DNA of 64,000 nt, taken from NCBI GenBank assembly GCA_021324635.1, contig JAJPIS010000070.1:7061-71060 (forward strand), read 5' to 3'. Below the pieces are notes generated by a model, which worked only from the letters and a program-made list of their open reading frames with translations, was not told the origin of the DNA and made no database searches. Every line of letters starts with the position of its first letter. Positions within the stretch are counted from its first letter, which is position 1. This stretch comes from Gemmatimonadota bacterium (GTDB lineage: Bacteria; Gemmatimonadota; Gemmatimonadetes; Gemmatimonadales; Gemmatimonadaceae). Shown here one piece after another: positions 43,786-52,526 of this stretch. Made by a program: the position numbers and the translations under genes.

Positions 43786-45080
43786 TAGCGCGCGCTCCTG
43801 GCCGACGTCCGAGCGCGCTTCCCGATCGAGCGTGCCCGAGCCCCGGAGGATCGTCGCTGCGTTGCCGCCACCTGCTTCCCGGTGCGCCCGCGCGCGCGCA
43901 GCGCCGACCCGGTTGCCCGGTGCGCGGCGGCCGCCGAGCGCGTTGCCGCCTGTGCCGGCGCCGCCAGCGTCGCTGCCTTGACGCAGACGACCGGAGGCAG
44001 ACCACCGGCGATGAGCGTCCATGACATCCCGCCGTCGCGCGCGCCGAAGAGCTTTCCGCTCCGCGTCCCGAAGTAGATCCCCGCCGGCTCGCCGGCGTCC
44101 GCGCCCATGGCATCACGGAGCACCGTCTCGAACGCACCCTCCTGCGGCAGCCCGCGGCTCAGCGCCTGCCACGACCCGCCGCCGTCGCGCGTCCGATAGA
44201 CCCGGAGCTTCGCCTCGGGGACGCAGCGGAACATGTCACTCTCGAGCGGCAGGATGTACACCGTGTCGGGATCGTGGGGGTGCATCGCCATCGCGAACCC
44301 GAAATCCGATGGCACATCGCGGGCGATGTCGTGCCACGTGTCGCCCCAGTCGTCGCTCCGGTACAGTCCCCAATGGTTCTGGAGGTAGAGCCGCTCGGGG
44401 CGTGCGGGATGGTGCACGACCTTGTGGACGCACTGCCCGAACTCCGGATGCTTGTCCGGGAGGAACTGGGCGCGCACTCCGACATTTCGCGCCCGCCAGG
44501 TGCGGCCCGCGTCGTCCGTGCGATAGACACCGCCGGTCGAGATCGCGACCAGCATCCGGCGAGCGTTCGTCGGGTCGCGCACGATCGTGTGCAGGCAGAG
44601 CCCTCCGCCGCCGGGTGCCCACTGTCGGCGATGGGGGTGTTCGAGCAGCCCGAGCACGGGCGACCAGGACCGGCCGCGATCCGTGGACTGGAAGAGCGCC
44701 GCCGGCTCGACACCGCAGTACAGCTGATCGGGATTCGCCGCGCCGTCGGTCGCGATCTGCCAGATGCGCTTGAGCGAGAGGCCGGACCCTTCGGGGAACT
44801 TGACCAGCGCCTCGGTGGGCACCGCCCAGGTGGCGCCCAGGTCGTCGCTCGTCGCGAGGTTCGCGCCCCAGTGTGGGCTGTCCGTCGAGGCCCACAGTCG
44901 CGGCCGCGGGCCACGCGCGTCGCAGGCCATGGCGTAGATCGAGCTCCCCCGAAAGTGCGGCCCGCTCATCGTCCATCTGCGCCGATCGTCGGTGCGAAAG
45001 ACAAAGGCGCCCTTGGTCGTGCCGACCATGAGCAGCGTGGCGGTCGCATCGTTCGCGGACCGGCGCGATCGGGTCGCCAT
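43785..45080 (-). CDS. BNR/Asp-box repeat beta-propeller protein (sialidase / PSII-stability-factor-like fold)
   Basis: Repeated SxDxGxTW boxes: TSDDLGATW, STDRGRSWS, RTDDAGRTW, RSDDWGDTW, TRDGGGSWQ, ARDGGMSW. Track ORF trimmed to the ATG at 45080. Confidence 0.7.
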   Translation of the reverse strand: MATRSRRSANDATATLLMVGTTKGAFVFRTDDRRRWTMSGPHFRGSSIYAMACDARGPRPRLWASTDSPHWGANLATSDDLGATWAVPTEALVKFPEGSGLSLKRIWQIATDGAANPDQLYCGVEPAALFQSTDRGRSWSPVLGLLEHPHRRQWAPGGGGLCLHTIVRDPTNARRMLVAISTGGVYRTDDAGRTWRARNVGVRAQFLPDKHPEFGQCVHKVVHHPARPERLYLQNHWGLYRSDDWGDTWHDIARDVPSDFGFAMAMHPHDPDTVYILPLESDMFRCVPEAKLRVYRTRDGGGSWQALSRGLPQEGAFETVLRDAMGADAGEPAGIYFGTRSGKLFGARDGGMSWTLIAGGLPPVVCVKAATLAAPAQAATRSAAAAHRATGSALRARGRTGKQVAATQRRSSGARARSIGKRARTSARSAR

Positions 45081-45208
45081 CTCGAGCCTCGGCGTGAGGG
45101 GGTGGGAATGGTCCCGGACGGTCCCCGGACGGGCTCTAGGTATGGCGTTGAAGCGGGGCGAACGCAAGATGCACGACGCACCCCGACGCCCGTGGCAGTC
45201 CGGTCCGC

Positions 45209-45976
45209 TCAGCGATGCTGCGGGGCGGCGGGCGTCTTGCCCGGGGCGCTCATCTGCGCCGGCACCTCGGCGTACCCCGCCGGCGCGATGAAGGTCGAGT
45301 CCGGGGGCGGCGTCCGATCGATCCTGGTCGCCTCGAGGTCGACCACGGGCTTCCCGTCGACAATGCGCGACGACTCGAGGACGCCGCGGCCGCCCTTGAG
45401 CACATCGCGAAGCGCCGCGAGCCGCGCGCCCGCCGCGCCGCCGTGCGTCACCGTGCCGGCTGGCAGGTCGAACGGCGAGAGCCCGACGCCCGATGCGACA
45501 CACACCTCCCCGGTGTCAGCGGTCCCGCCGGTCACGCCGGCCCCACGGTACACATCACAGCGCACGCCGGCGATCGTCTGCGAGCGGCCGGTCCGCGTCA
45601 TCGAGAGAGTGGCGCCGCCGTCCGTGCCCGCGCCCGGCGCCTGGTGCGCCGCCACGGTGTCGGCCTGCGCCTGGAGCTGCTCCCTGGAGATGCGGACGAA
45701 CACGCGCTGCGCGGGGAGCACGAGGATCGCGCTCCCGCTGGACTGGTCGTAGATCATTCCGCCGCGACTGGCCGTCGAGTCCCCACGACCGCCAAACCCC
45801 TCGATCCGGACCTTCGATCCCTTCTGCGACTCGACGAGCACGCCGCCCGCGCTGTCCGGGCCATGCGTCCGGTACGTGATTGTGCCACTGAATCCGGTCT
45901 GCGCACGCGACGCCCGCGGACCGGCTGCCGCGAGCGCGGCGGCCGCGCCGACCACCATCATGCCCCATCTACGCAT
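45209..45976 (-). CDS. secreted DUF4412-like protein
   Basis: MRRWGMMVVGAAAALAAAGPRASRAQ signal, then FSGTITYRTHGPDS...KVRIEG. Confidence 0.5.
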   Translation of the reverse strand: MRRWGMMVVGAAAALAAAGPRASRAQTGFSGTITYRTHGPDSAGGVLVESQKGSKVRIEGFGGRGDSTASRGGMIYDQSSGSAILVLPAQRVFVRISREQLQAQADTVAAHQAPGAGTDGGATLSMTRTGRSQTIAGVRCDVYRGAGVTGGTADTGEVCVASGVGLSPFDLPAGTVTHGGAAGARLAALRDVLKGGRGVLESSRIVDGKPVVDLEATRIDRTPPPDSTFIAPAGYAEVPAQMSAPGKTPAAPQHR

Positions 45977-46124
45977 GAGCTTCCTCGTCTCGCGGTGTGG
46001 AAAGACGACGCCACGAAGGTGGTACGTCCGAGGCCATCAGGCCGATGGCACGAGAGGGCAAGAATCGTGTCGCCGAGGGGCCTGCCCTGCCGGGGCCGGC
46101 AGGGCTACCCACCTCACAGGGCCC

Positions 46125-47216
46125 TCAGTGTGTCGTCCGTGAGTACCCGATGCCGTCGGACCACGTCCCCGTCGGCATCGTCGCGACGACAGTGCGGGTC
46201 GCAATATCGACTGCCGCGGCGAGGTTCCGACCCTGGAGTGTGACGTAGACGGTCCGCCCGTCCGGCGTCACGATGAGTCCTTCCGGGCAGGGCGAGCCCG
46301 GGAACTCGGCGGTCGGCACGATCCCCTCCGCCGGGAAGGTGACGCGTCCCACCTCCGCACGCGTCGCGATGTCGATGAAGCGGACGGCGCCGCCCGCCGG
46401 GTCGGTGATGATCGCCGTCCGACCGTCGGAGGTCACCGCAAGACGGTACGGGAACCCGAAGCCGCCGATCGTGTCCGTGACGGTGCCCGACGCGGTCCGC
46501 ACGATGCTGACGGTCTTCACCGAGTCACTCCCGACCCAGACCTGATCGCCGGACGGCGTCACGGCGATCCCCTCGACGCGCGCGGCGACCGGCATCGTCC
46601 GCACGAACGCGTGCCCCTCGACGTCCAGCTCGGAGATCGTACCGTCGCCGACGTTGCTGGTGAAGGCGCGCCGACCATCGGCCGTGAGCGCCACCATGTG
46701 CGAGACGCGACCGTTGGTCGGGATGGTCGCATCCACGGTCCCCCGCGCGAGGTTCACGAGGAGCACAGCCTGGTTCGCCTGGGCGGTGACCAGCAGGGTC
46801 GTGTCGCCCGGGAGGAAGGCCGATCCGTGCGGGCGATGGTAGGGTCCGAGGTCGATCGTCCGCGTGACGACGGGCGTCGGGGGCGCGAGATCGATCACCG
46901 TGAGGGTGTTGCCCGGTGTCTCGCGCGGTCCGTAGTTGGAGACGATGGCCCAGCGGCCGTCATGCGAGACCGCGACCTCGTGCGGCGCCGCCCCCGTGGC
47001 GAGTGTCGCCAGCGTGCGCCGCGAGGCGAGATCGATCACGGTCGCGGTGTTGTCGTTCATGTTCGTGACGACGAGTGTCCCCCGGAGCGCCGCCGGCGCG
47101 ACGGGCGCCGCCGCCCGCCGGCCTGCGGTGTCCCCGGCCGGTGACCGAGTCCCGAGGGTGACGGCGACCGGCGCCAGGGCGATGAGCGATGCAACCACGG
47201 GGCGCGCAGGCGACAT
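46125..47216 (-). CDS. YVTN-family beta-propeller repeat protein
   Basis: Repeated ...TVIDLA..., PHEVAVSHDGRWAIVSN, VALTADGRRAFTSN, IAVTPSGDQVWVG, LAVTSDGRTAIITD, LIVTPDGRTVYVT. GGAGGA RBS precedes the ATG at 47216. Confidence 0.7.
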   Translation of the reverse strand: MSPARPVVASLIALAPVAVTLGTRSPAGDTAGRRAAAPVAPAALRGTLVVTNMNDNTATVIDLASRRTLATLATGAAPHEVAVSHDGRWAIVSNYGPRETPGNTLTVIDLAPPTPVVTRTIDLGPYHRPHGSAFLPGDTTLLVTAQANQAVLLVNLARGTVDATIPTNGRVSHMVALTADGRRAFTSNVGDGTISELDVEGHAFVRTMPVAARVEGIAVTPSGDQVWVGSDSVKTVSIVRTASGTVTDTIGGFGFPYRLAVTSDGRTAIITDPAGGAVRFIDIATRAEVGRVTFPAEGIVPTAEFPGSPCPEGLIVTPDGRTVYVTLQGRNLAAAVDIATRTVVATMPTGTWSDGIGYSRTTH

Positions 47217-47317
47217 CGGGTCCTCCACGGAAAGGAGAAGGTCAGCGGCGTTCGGCGCCGGCTCGCCGCTGTTCCGAATTGGTCACCTGCCGGGCGTCCG
47301 GGGGTGCCACACGTCGG

Positions 47318-48712
47318 TCAGCCCGCGGCTGCGTCCCGGGCGATGCGCACGACGGCCTCCAGGCTACGATCGATGTCGTCGTCGGTCGCCTCGTGAGAGG
47401 AGACGCTGATGCGCATCGCGGTGTGCCCCTGCCATTCCGTGCCGCCGCACCAGCAGGTGCCGTCCTTCTGGATCGCCGCGATCACGCGGCGTGTGACCGC
47501 CGGCTCGCCGAACGAGACGAGCACCTGGTTCACCACGACATCGTTCAGGACGCGGACGCCCGCTCGCGCCAGTCCGTCCGCGAACCGGGCGGCGAGCCGA
47601 CAGTTGCGCTCGACCATCTCGGCGAGCCCCGAGCGGCCGAGCGACCGGAGCGCAGCCCAGATCTCGACGCCACGCGCGCGTCGCGACGCCTCGGGCGTGT
47701 AGTAGGCCGGCTCACGAGTCCCGGTCGTGGGCAAGTAGGCCGCGCTCACCGCCATGGCCTGACGGAGATGCTCGGGGTCGCGTACCAGCGCGAGTCCGGA
47801 ATCGTACGGCACGTTCAACCACTTGTGGCAGTCCGTCGCCCATGAATCCGCCTCGGCGAACCCGTCCATGAGGTACCGTCGCCTGGGCGCGGCCGCGACC
47901 CAGAGGCCGAAGGCGCCGTCCACGTGGACCCACGCGCCGCGTGACCGGGCGACCGGGCAGATGTCGGCCGCTGGATCGAACGCGCCGGTGTTGACGTTGC
48001 CGGCCTGGATGCACACGATCGTCCGGTCGTCGAGCACCGGGAGCTCGCGCGCGCGGATCCGGCCCTGGCTGTCGACCGGCACGCGCGTGACACGCGACCG
48101 GCCGAGCCCCAACAGGGCCAGCGCCTTGAGCAGCGACACGTGCACTTCGCCCCCGACCACGACGCTCAGCTCCGGGGCGCCGAACAGGCCCCGCTCCTCG
48201 GGGTCCCACCCGGCGCGGCGGAGCAGGGCCGTCCGGGCCGCCGCCAGGCAACTGAAGTTGGCCATGGTCGCGCCGGTCACGAAGCCGGCGCCGCTCGTCG
48301 CCGGCAGGTCGAAGATCTCCCGCAGCCACCCGAGCGCGATCTCCTCCAGCGCGGCGGCGACCGGCGACATGACCGCCAACGCGGCGTTCTGGTCCCAGGC
48401 GCCGGCCAACCAATTGGCCGCCAACGCGGCCGGCAACGTGCCGCCGTTGACGAAACCGAAGTACCGGCCGCTGGGCGACGTGACGGTCGCCGGTGAGCCG
48501 ATGTCGTCGAGCAGTCGAATGACCTCCGACGGCTCGGACGGCCCCGAGGGGAACGGGCCGCCCAGATCCCGGAGCCGGCCGACGTCCTCGACACTCGGCG
48601 CCACTCGGCGCGCCGGGACCGAGGCGAGATACGCCGTCGCCCGGCCCGCCACGTCCTCCAGCACATCGCGCAGCGCGCTGCGCACGCTCGGCCCCACGAC
48701 TCGCGATGTCAT
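47318..48712 (-). CDS. group II PLP-dependent decarboxylase
   Basis: GGTMANFSCLAAAR, VHVDGAFG, SWATDCHKWLNVPYDSG (PLP lysine). Confidence 0.85.
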   Translation of the reverse strand: MTSRVVGPSVRSALRDVLEDVAGRATAYLASVPARRVAPSVEDVGRLRDLGGPFPSGPSEPSEVIRLLDDIGSPATVTSPSGRYFGFVNGGTLPAALAANWLAGAWDQNAALAVMSPVAAALEEIALGWLREIFDLPATSGAGFVTGATMANFSCLAAARTALLRRAGWDPEERGLFGAPELSVVVGGEVHVSLLKALALLGLGRSRVTRVPVDSQGRIRARELPVLDDRTIVCIQAGNVNTGAFDPAADICPVARSRGAWVHVDGAFGLWVAAAPRRRYLMDGFAEADSWATDCHKWLNVPYDSGLALVRDPEHLRQAMAVSAAYLPTTGTREPAYYTPEASRRARGVEIWAALRSLGRSGLAEMVERNCRLAARFADGLARAGVRVLNDVVVNQVLVSFGEPAVTRRVIAAIQKDGTCWCGGTEWQGHTAMRISVSSHEATDDDIDRSLEAVVRIARDAAAG

Positions 48713-48814
48713 CCCGTCCCTCGTATGTTGGGACCCGGGCCCGTTCAGCCCCTGCGGAACGGGGGAGCCCCCACGTGGTCGAATCTACCGACCGACAGCC
48801 CCGGGTGCGCGGCG

Positions 48815-49291
48815 ATGCTCGTCATGCTACGGGATCTCGTCCAGCACAAAGGGTACGCCAACGCATCCCTGCTTCGTGCCGTGCGCGAGCATCCGACCGC
48901 GGCGGACGACGATGAGCTGCGGCGGCTCCTGCACCACATCATTCTGGCGAATCGGTTCTGGGTCTATCTCACCATCGCGCGGCCGTTCGCCGACGAGGTA
49001 CCGCGAGTCCCCGATTCGCTCGACACGGTCGTGCAGGAGTACCGCGAGCTGCACGCCGACGAGTGGGCATGGCTCTCGCAGGCTGGGGACGCCGATCTCG
49101 CCCGGGCCCTGGAGTCACCGTTCATCCCCGGACGCCGCGTCTCGGTCGCGCAGGCATGGATGCAGGTGTGCCTGCACAGTCACGGACACCGCGCCCAGTG
49201 CGCAACCCGACTCCGGTCGCTGGGTGGCGCGCCGCCGATGATGGACTTCGTGAGCTGGCTGACGGAGCGCCGACCCGCCGACTGGTCGTAG
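48815..49291 (+). CDS. DinB-family protein
   Basis: LVQHKGYANASLLRAV..., LHHIILANRFW, and LHSHGHRAQ (His triad typical of the DinB fold). Confidence 0.6.
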   Translation: MLVMLRDLVQHKGYANASLLRAVREHPTAADDDELRRLLHHIILANRFWVYLTIARPFADEVPRVPDSLDTVVQEYRELHADEWAWLSQAGDADLARALESPFIPGRRVSVAQAWMQVCLHSHGHRAQCATRLRSLGGAPPMMDFVSWLTERRPADWS

Positions 49292-49294
49292 CCC

Positions 49295-52147
49295 TCAGTA
49301 CCCCAGTGTGAGGCGCAGGACGAAGTAGCGCGGGAGCGGGATCACCGACGGCATGGTGGCCGGGTTGAGTGCCGACCGGTCGACCTCCGGGTCCGGTCCG
49401 CTGTAGCGCGTCGACAGCCAGAGATTGCGCGCGAGGAGCGACAGCGCGGCCGTCCCCGTGTGGAGCCGGTGCGCGAGGGCGGGGGTCGCGGCGTACGTCA
49501 CCGACAGCTCGCGAAGCCGGAGAAACGATGCATCCTGTGTCGGCCCCACGTACCCTTGGCGGCCCACGACCGCGGCCTGTGCCTGCTCGGCGAGCGGCGC
49601 GCGCGGGTCGTTCGCTCCGCGGGCCGTGGCGACCGCTTGGAAGGCGGCCGCCTGGTCGATCAGGCGGTTGCCTCCCTGGTAGTCGAGCAGCCCACCGAAT
49701 CGGAGATGTCCACCGAGCACGCCGAGCGCGGATCGCAGCGAGAGTCCACGCGTGGGCAACGAGGTGCCCTGGTCGGCCAAGGGTCCGAGTGTCACCTCGT
49801 TGGGCTCGATGACGCCATCGTGGTTCGCGTCGGCGTACGAGAGCGTCGGCTCCCAGATCGAGTACAGCGCGTGTCCCACCGTGGCGAGGAAGACGGGCGA
49901 GGCGCCGTACGTCTCCTGCGGCAGCCCGGGCGCGAGCGAGACGAGCCGGTTCTGGTTCGCCCAGCCGCCGAGCCCGACATCCCACGATGCGCCGCCGGTG
50001 CGAATCACCGTCGCATCGGCCTCGATCTCGACGCCGCGGTTCCGGATCGCGGCGTCGTTCAGCTCGATGGTCGCGGCTACCCCACCGGTCGAGACCTGGG
50101 CCGGAAAGAGCGCGTCGGTGGTCGTCTTGTCGTATACACTGGCGCTGAGCGTCACCCGGTCGCGGATCGACGCGTCGGCGCCCGCCTCGTACTCCCGTAT
50201 GTGCTCGGGGCGTGGCAGTGGGCCGCCTCGTCCGATCCCGTTCCGGCCGTCGATCAGGTTGGGAACGAAGATGTTGAACACCGGGGGCAGATCACCCGTC
50301 TCCCCGATGGCGGCGTGGAGCCGGAGCGGGTTGGAGCGGTGGCGGATCGCCAACCACGAGATGGCAGCGCGTCCGTACGTGGCCTCGGGCGCACCCTTCT
50401 CGCCGTAGGCGTCGCGGCGCACCGCTCCGGTCACTGACAGCCGATCGAGGAACGTCACCGCTTCCTCGAGAAACGCGCCACGCCGTTGTGCGTTTTCGCC
50501 CGACGTGTACATCTGCTGGACGGTGCCCGTCGGCGGGTTGACGCCCGACAACAGGTTGAGAGCCACGATCGACTGGCTCGCGTAGCCGATCTCGCGGTAC
50601 GCCCCTCCGACCGTGGTGACCGCCGAGAGCAGGCCCGGAACCTCGGCCGTGCCGGAGACCGCGAGGCTCGCCGAATAGCTGTGGTCGGCGATCCGGTCGC
50701 GCGTGAACATGCCCGGAAGGGCGTCGAACGGGTCGTCGGCGGGGTCGAGGTACTGCTCGTTGCGTTCGCGACCCTTGTCGACCCCGCCGTTCGCGTGCGT
50801 CGACAACCAGCTCACCGGCGTCCAGATCCAACTGGCGCCCGCGTCGTATCGCTCGACGCGATCGGCCGACTCGTTTGCGAACAGATATCGTGGCCGTGCC
50901 GGCCCGCCGGCCCATCCGTCGTTGCTGGCCGCCGTCCCGCTCCCGGACGCGACATCGGTGGCCAGCAGCGACTCGTTCGCGGCGCCCTGGCCGCCACCGA
51001 TCGCGCTACCCGTGATCGTCACCTCGCCGAGTGCCGGGAGGGCGGTCGTCACGGAGGCGTGTCCATTCGTGCGGTCGAGCCGATTCGGCCACCGGATCGC
51101 GTTGGGCGGCGCATGGCCGTCCTGCGCCGCATAGAGCTGCGCCTCCGGGGTCGGCATGGCGAGGATGCCGCGCTCGTTCTGGCGCTCGCCGCTCACGAGA
51201 TAGCGCACCGGCCCGGTCCCGCCGTCGAGCTGGAGATTCGCCGCATCGCGGTTGCCGCCGGTGAGCGGCGACGTCCGGGTGGTAGCGAGCGGCGAGAAGT
51301 GCGTGAGGCTATCGAGGACGCACGTCCCAGCCGCGCGCGGCACCGGGCCACACCGGACCTGCGTCGTGCCGCCCGTCGCGTGGCCCCAGGCCATCCAGCT
51401 CTCGTACTGATTCGTGCTCGGGACGCCGAGCGCGCCGACCTCGGACGAGAACGCCCAGTGGAGCGCGTCGGTGCTCGGGCGGCGTGTCGTTACGAGCACG
51501 ACCCCGTTCGCGGCATCGAGCCCGTACTCCGTCGTCGCCGCCGGCCCGGTCAGCACATCGATCCGGGCGATGTCCCACGGGCTCAGCTCGTCCAGCGTCC
51601 CGATGCGCGACGGGCCGACCGGGTGGCTCTGCGCGGGATTCGCGGGATCGGCGGCGCCGCCGCGGTCGGACGCGACACGGACGCCGTCGACGTACACCGC
51701 CGGATCGGTGGTGGCGAAGATGCTCCCCACGCCGCGCACGATGATCCGTGCGCCACTGCCGCTCTGCGCGCCGGCGCTCTGGACATCGGTGCTGTGCAGG
51801 CGCCCCGAGAGCAGGTCCGTGAGCTGAAAGACCGGCGCGCCGGGTGCGACACTGTCGGCGAGAATCGCCGCCCCGGATGACGTCGTGCCCTCGTCCGTCC
51901 GCGTGGGTACCCTGCTTTCGCCCGCCGAGTCGGTGCCAGGCCGAGTCGCGGGCGCGTCGGCGGCAGGAGTCCGGCCGCCGCCATCCCCCTGGGCCTGGGC
52001 GGTCGACGTGAGCAGGAGCAGCCCGACCGAAAGGGCGGTTGGGTAACGCCAGGAGCGGTGAATCACGGAAAGATTTGACGGGGAGGGAGAGCCGAGTGGT
52101 CGCGAGCGAACGGCGGGGCTCGCGCAGCCCGGGTGGCGCGGGGGCAT
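49295..52147 (-). CDS. TonB-dependent receptor (no STN extension)
   Basis: Plug: ARIIVRGVGSIFATTDPAVYVDGVRV, IARIDVLTGPAATTEYGLDAANGVVLVTTRR. The barrel ends YFVLRLTLGY. Signal YPTALSVGLLLLTSTAQAQ. The GTG at 52066 is an alternative start. Confidence 0.85.
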   Translation of the reverse strand: MPPRHPGCASPAVRSRPLGSPSPSNLSVIHRSWRYPTALSVGLLLLTSTAQAQGDGGGRTPAADAPATRPGTDSAGESRVPTRTDEGTTSSGAAILADSVAPGAPVFQLTDLLSGRLHSTDVQSAGAQSGSGARIIVRGVGSIFATTDPAVYVDGVRVASDRGGAADPANPAQSHPVGPSRIGTLDELSPWDIARIDVLTGPAATTEYGLDAANGVVLVTTRRPSTDALHWAFSSEVGALGVPSTNQYESWMAWGHATGGTTQVRCGPVPRAAGTCVLDSLTHFSPLATTRTSPLTGGNRDAANLQLDGGTGPVRYLVSGERQNERGILAMPTPEAQLYAAQDGHAPPNAIRWPNRLDRTNGHASVTTALPALGEVTITGSAIGGGQGAANESLLATDVASGSGTAASNDGWAGGPARPRYLFANESADRVERYDAGASWIWTPVSWLSTHANGGVDKGRERNEQYLDPADDPFDALPGMFTRDRIADHSYSASLAVSGTAEVPGLLSAVTTVGGAYREIGYASQSIVALNLLSGVNPPTGTVQQMYTSGENAQRRGAFLEEAVTFLDRLSVTGAVRRDAYGEKGAPEATYGRAAISWLAIRHRSNPLRLHAAIGETGDLPPVFNIFVPNLIDGRNGIGRGGPLPRPEHIREYEAGADASIRDRVTLSASVYDKTTTDALFPAQVSTGGVAATIELNDAAIRNRGVEIEADATVIRTGGASWDVGLGGWANQNRLVSLAPGLPQETYGASPVFLATVGHALYSIWEPTLSYADANHDGVIEPNEVTLGPLADQGTSLPTRGLSLRSALGVLGGHLRFGGLLDYQGGNRLIDQAAAFQAVATARGANDPRAPLAEQAQAAVVGRQGYVGPTQDASFLRLRELSVTYAATPALAHRLHTGTAALSLLARNLWLSTRYSGPDPEVDRSALNPATMPSVIPLPRYFVLRLTLGY

Positions 52148-52271
52148 CAGGCGACCTCATCCAGGACGGCCTGGAGTTAGTCACCTCCTGCGTCGGCGTC
52201 AAGCGCCCGGCGCCCCGGGGCAATACCCGGCGCTTGCGGCAAACTGCGACGGGCCATACTGTATCGGGGCA

Positions 52272-52397
52272 ATGGTCACCGTGTCCGTCCGTCGCGCCGC
52301 CGCGCTTGGCTACTGGTTTAGCGGCTTTGGCTACCCCTATCGACAGGGGGCCGAGGGCGCTGCGTGGCGCGCCGAGGACTGGGAGCGAGAGTCGTAG
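52272..52397 (+). CDS. candidate 41-aa aromatic-rich leader peptide
   Basis: My own translation (too short for the track): MVTVSVRRAAALGYWFSGFGYPYRQGAEGAAWRAEDWERES. Six of eleven consecutive residues are Tyr/Trp/Phe, and the ttt, ttt and tat codons used are unusual in this GC-rich DNA. The RBS is weak. Confidence 0.35.
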   Translation: MVTVSVRRAAALGYWFSGFGYPYRQGAEGAAWRAEDWERES

Positions 52398-52445
52398 CAA
52401 ATAAGCGAGCACCGCCCAGCACTCGACGACGACACGGAAACCCCC

Positions 52446-52484
52446 ACGGCCCCCGGACAGACACCGGGGGCCGTTCTGTTTGTG
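52446..52484 (+). terminator. intrinsic terminator / attenuator hairpin in the DAHP synthase leader
   Basis: ACGGCCCCCGG-acagaca-CCGGGGGCCGT (perfect 11-bp GC stem) followed by TCTGTTTGTG. Lies 43 nt upstream of the ATG at 52527, with no + strand gene upstream for it to terminate. Confidence 0.55.
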
Positions 52485-52526
52485 ATCCGAGCCTCGAACC
52501 CGACCCTTCGCCCCCCCCCCACAGCC

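Noticed and set aside
47318-52147. PLP decarboxylase next to a TonB-dependent receptor as a siderophore (NIS-type) biosynthesis cluster
   Set aside because: No IucA/IucC synthetase, monooxygenase, acyltransferase or NRPS gene is present. The decarboxylase and receptor are separated by a divergently transcribed DinB gene.
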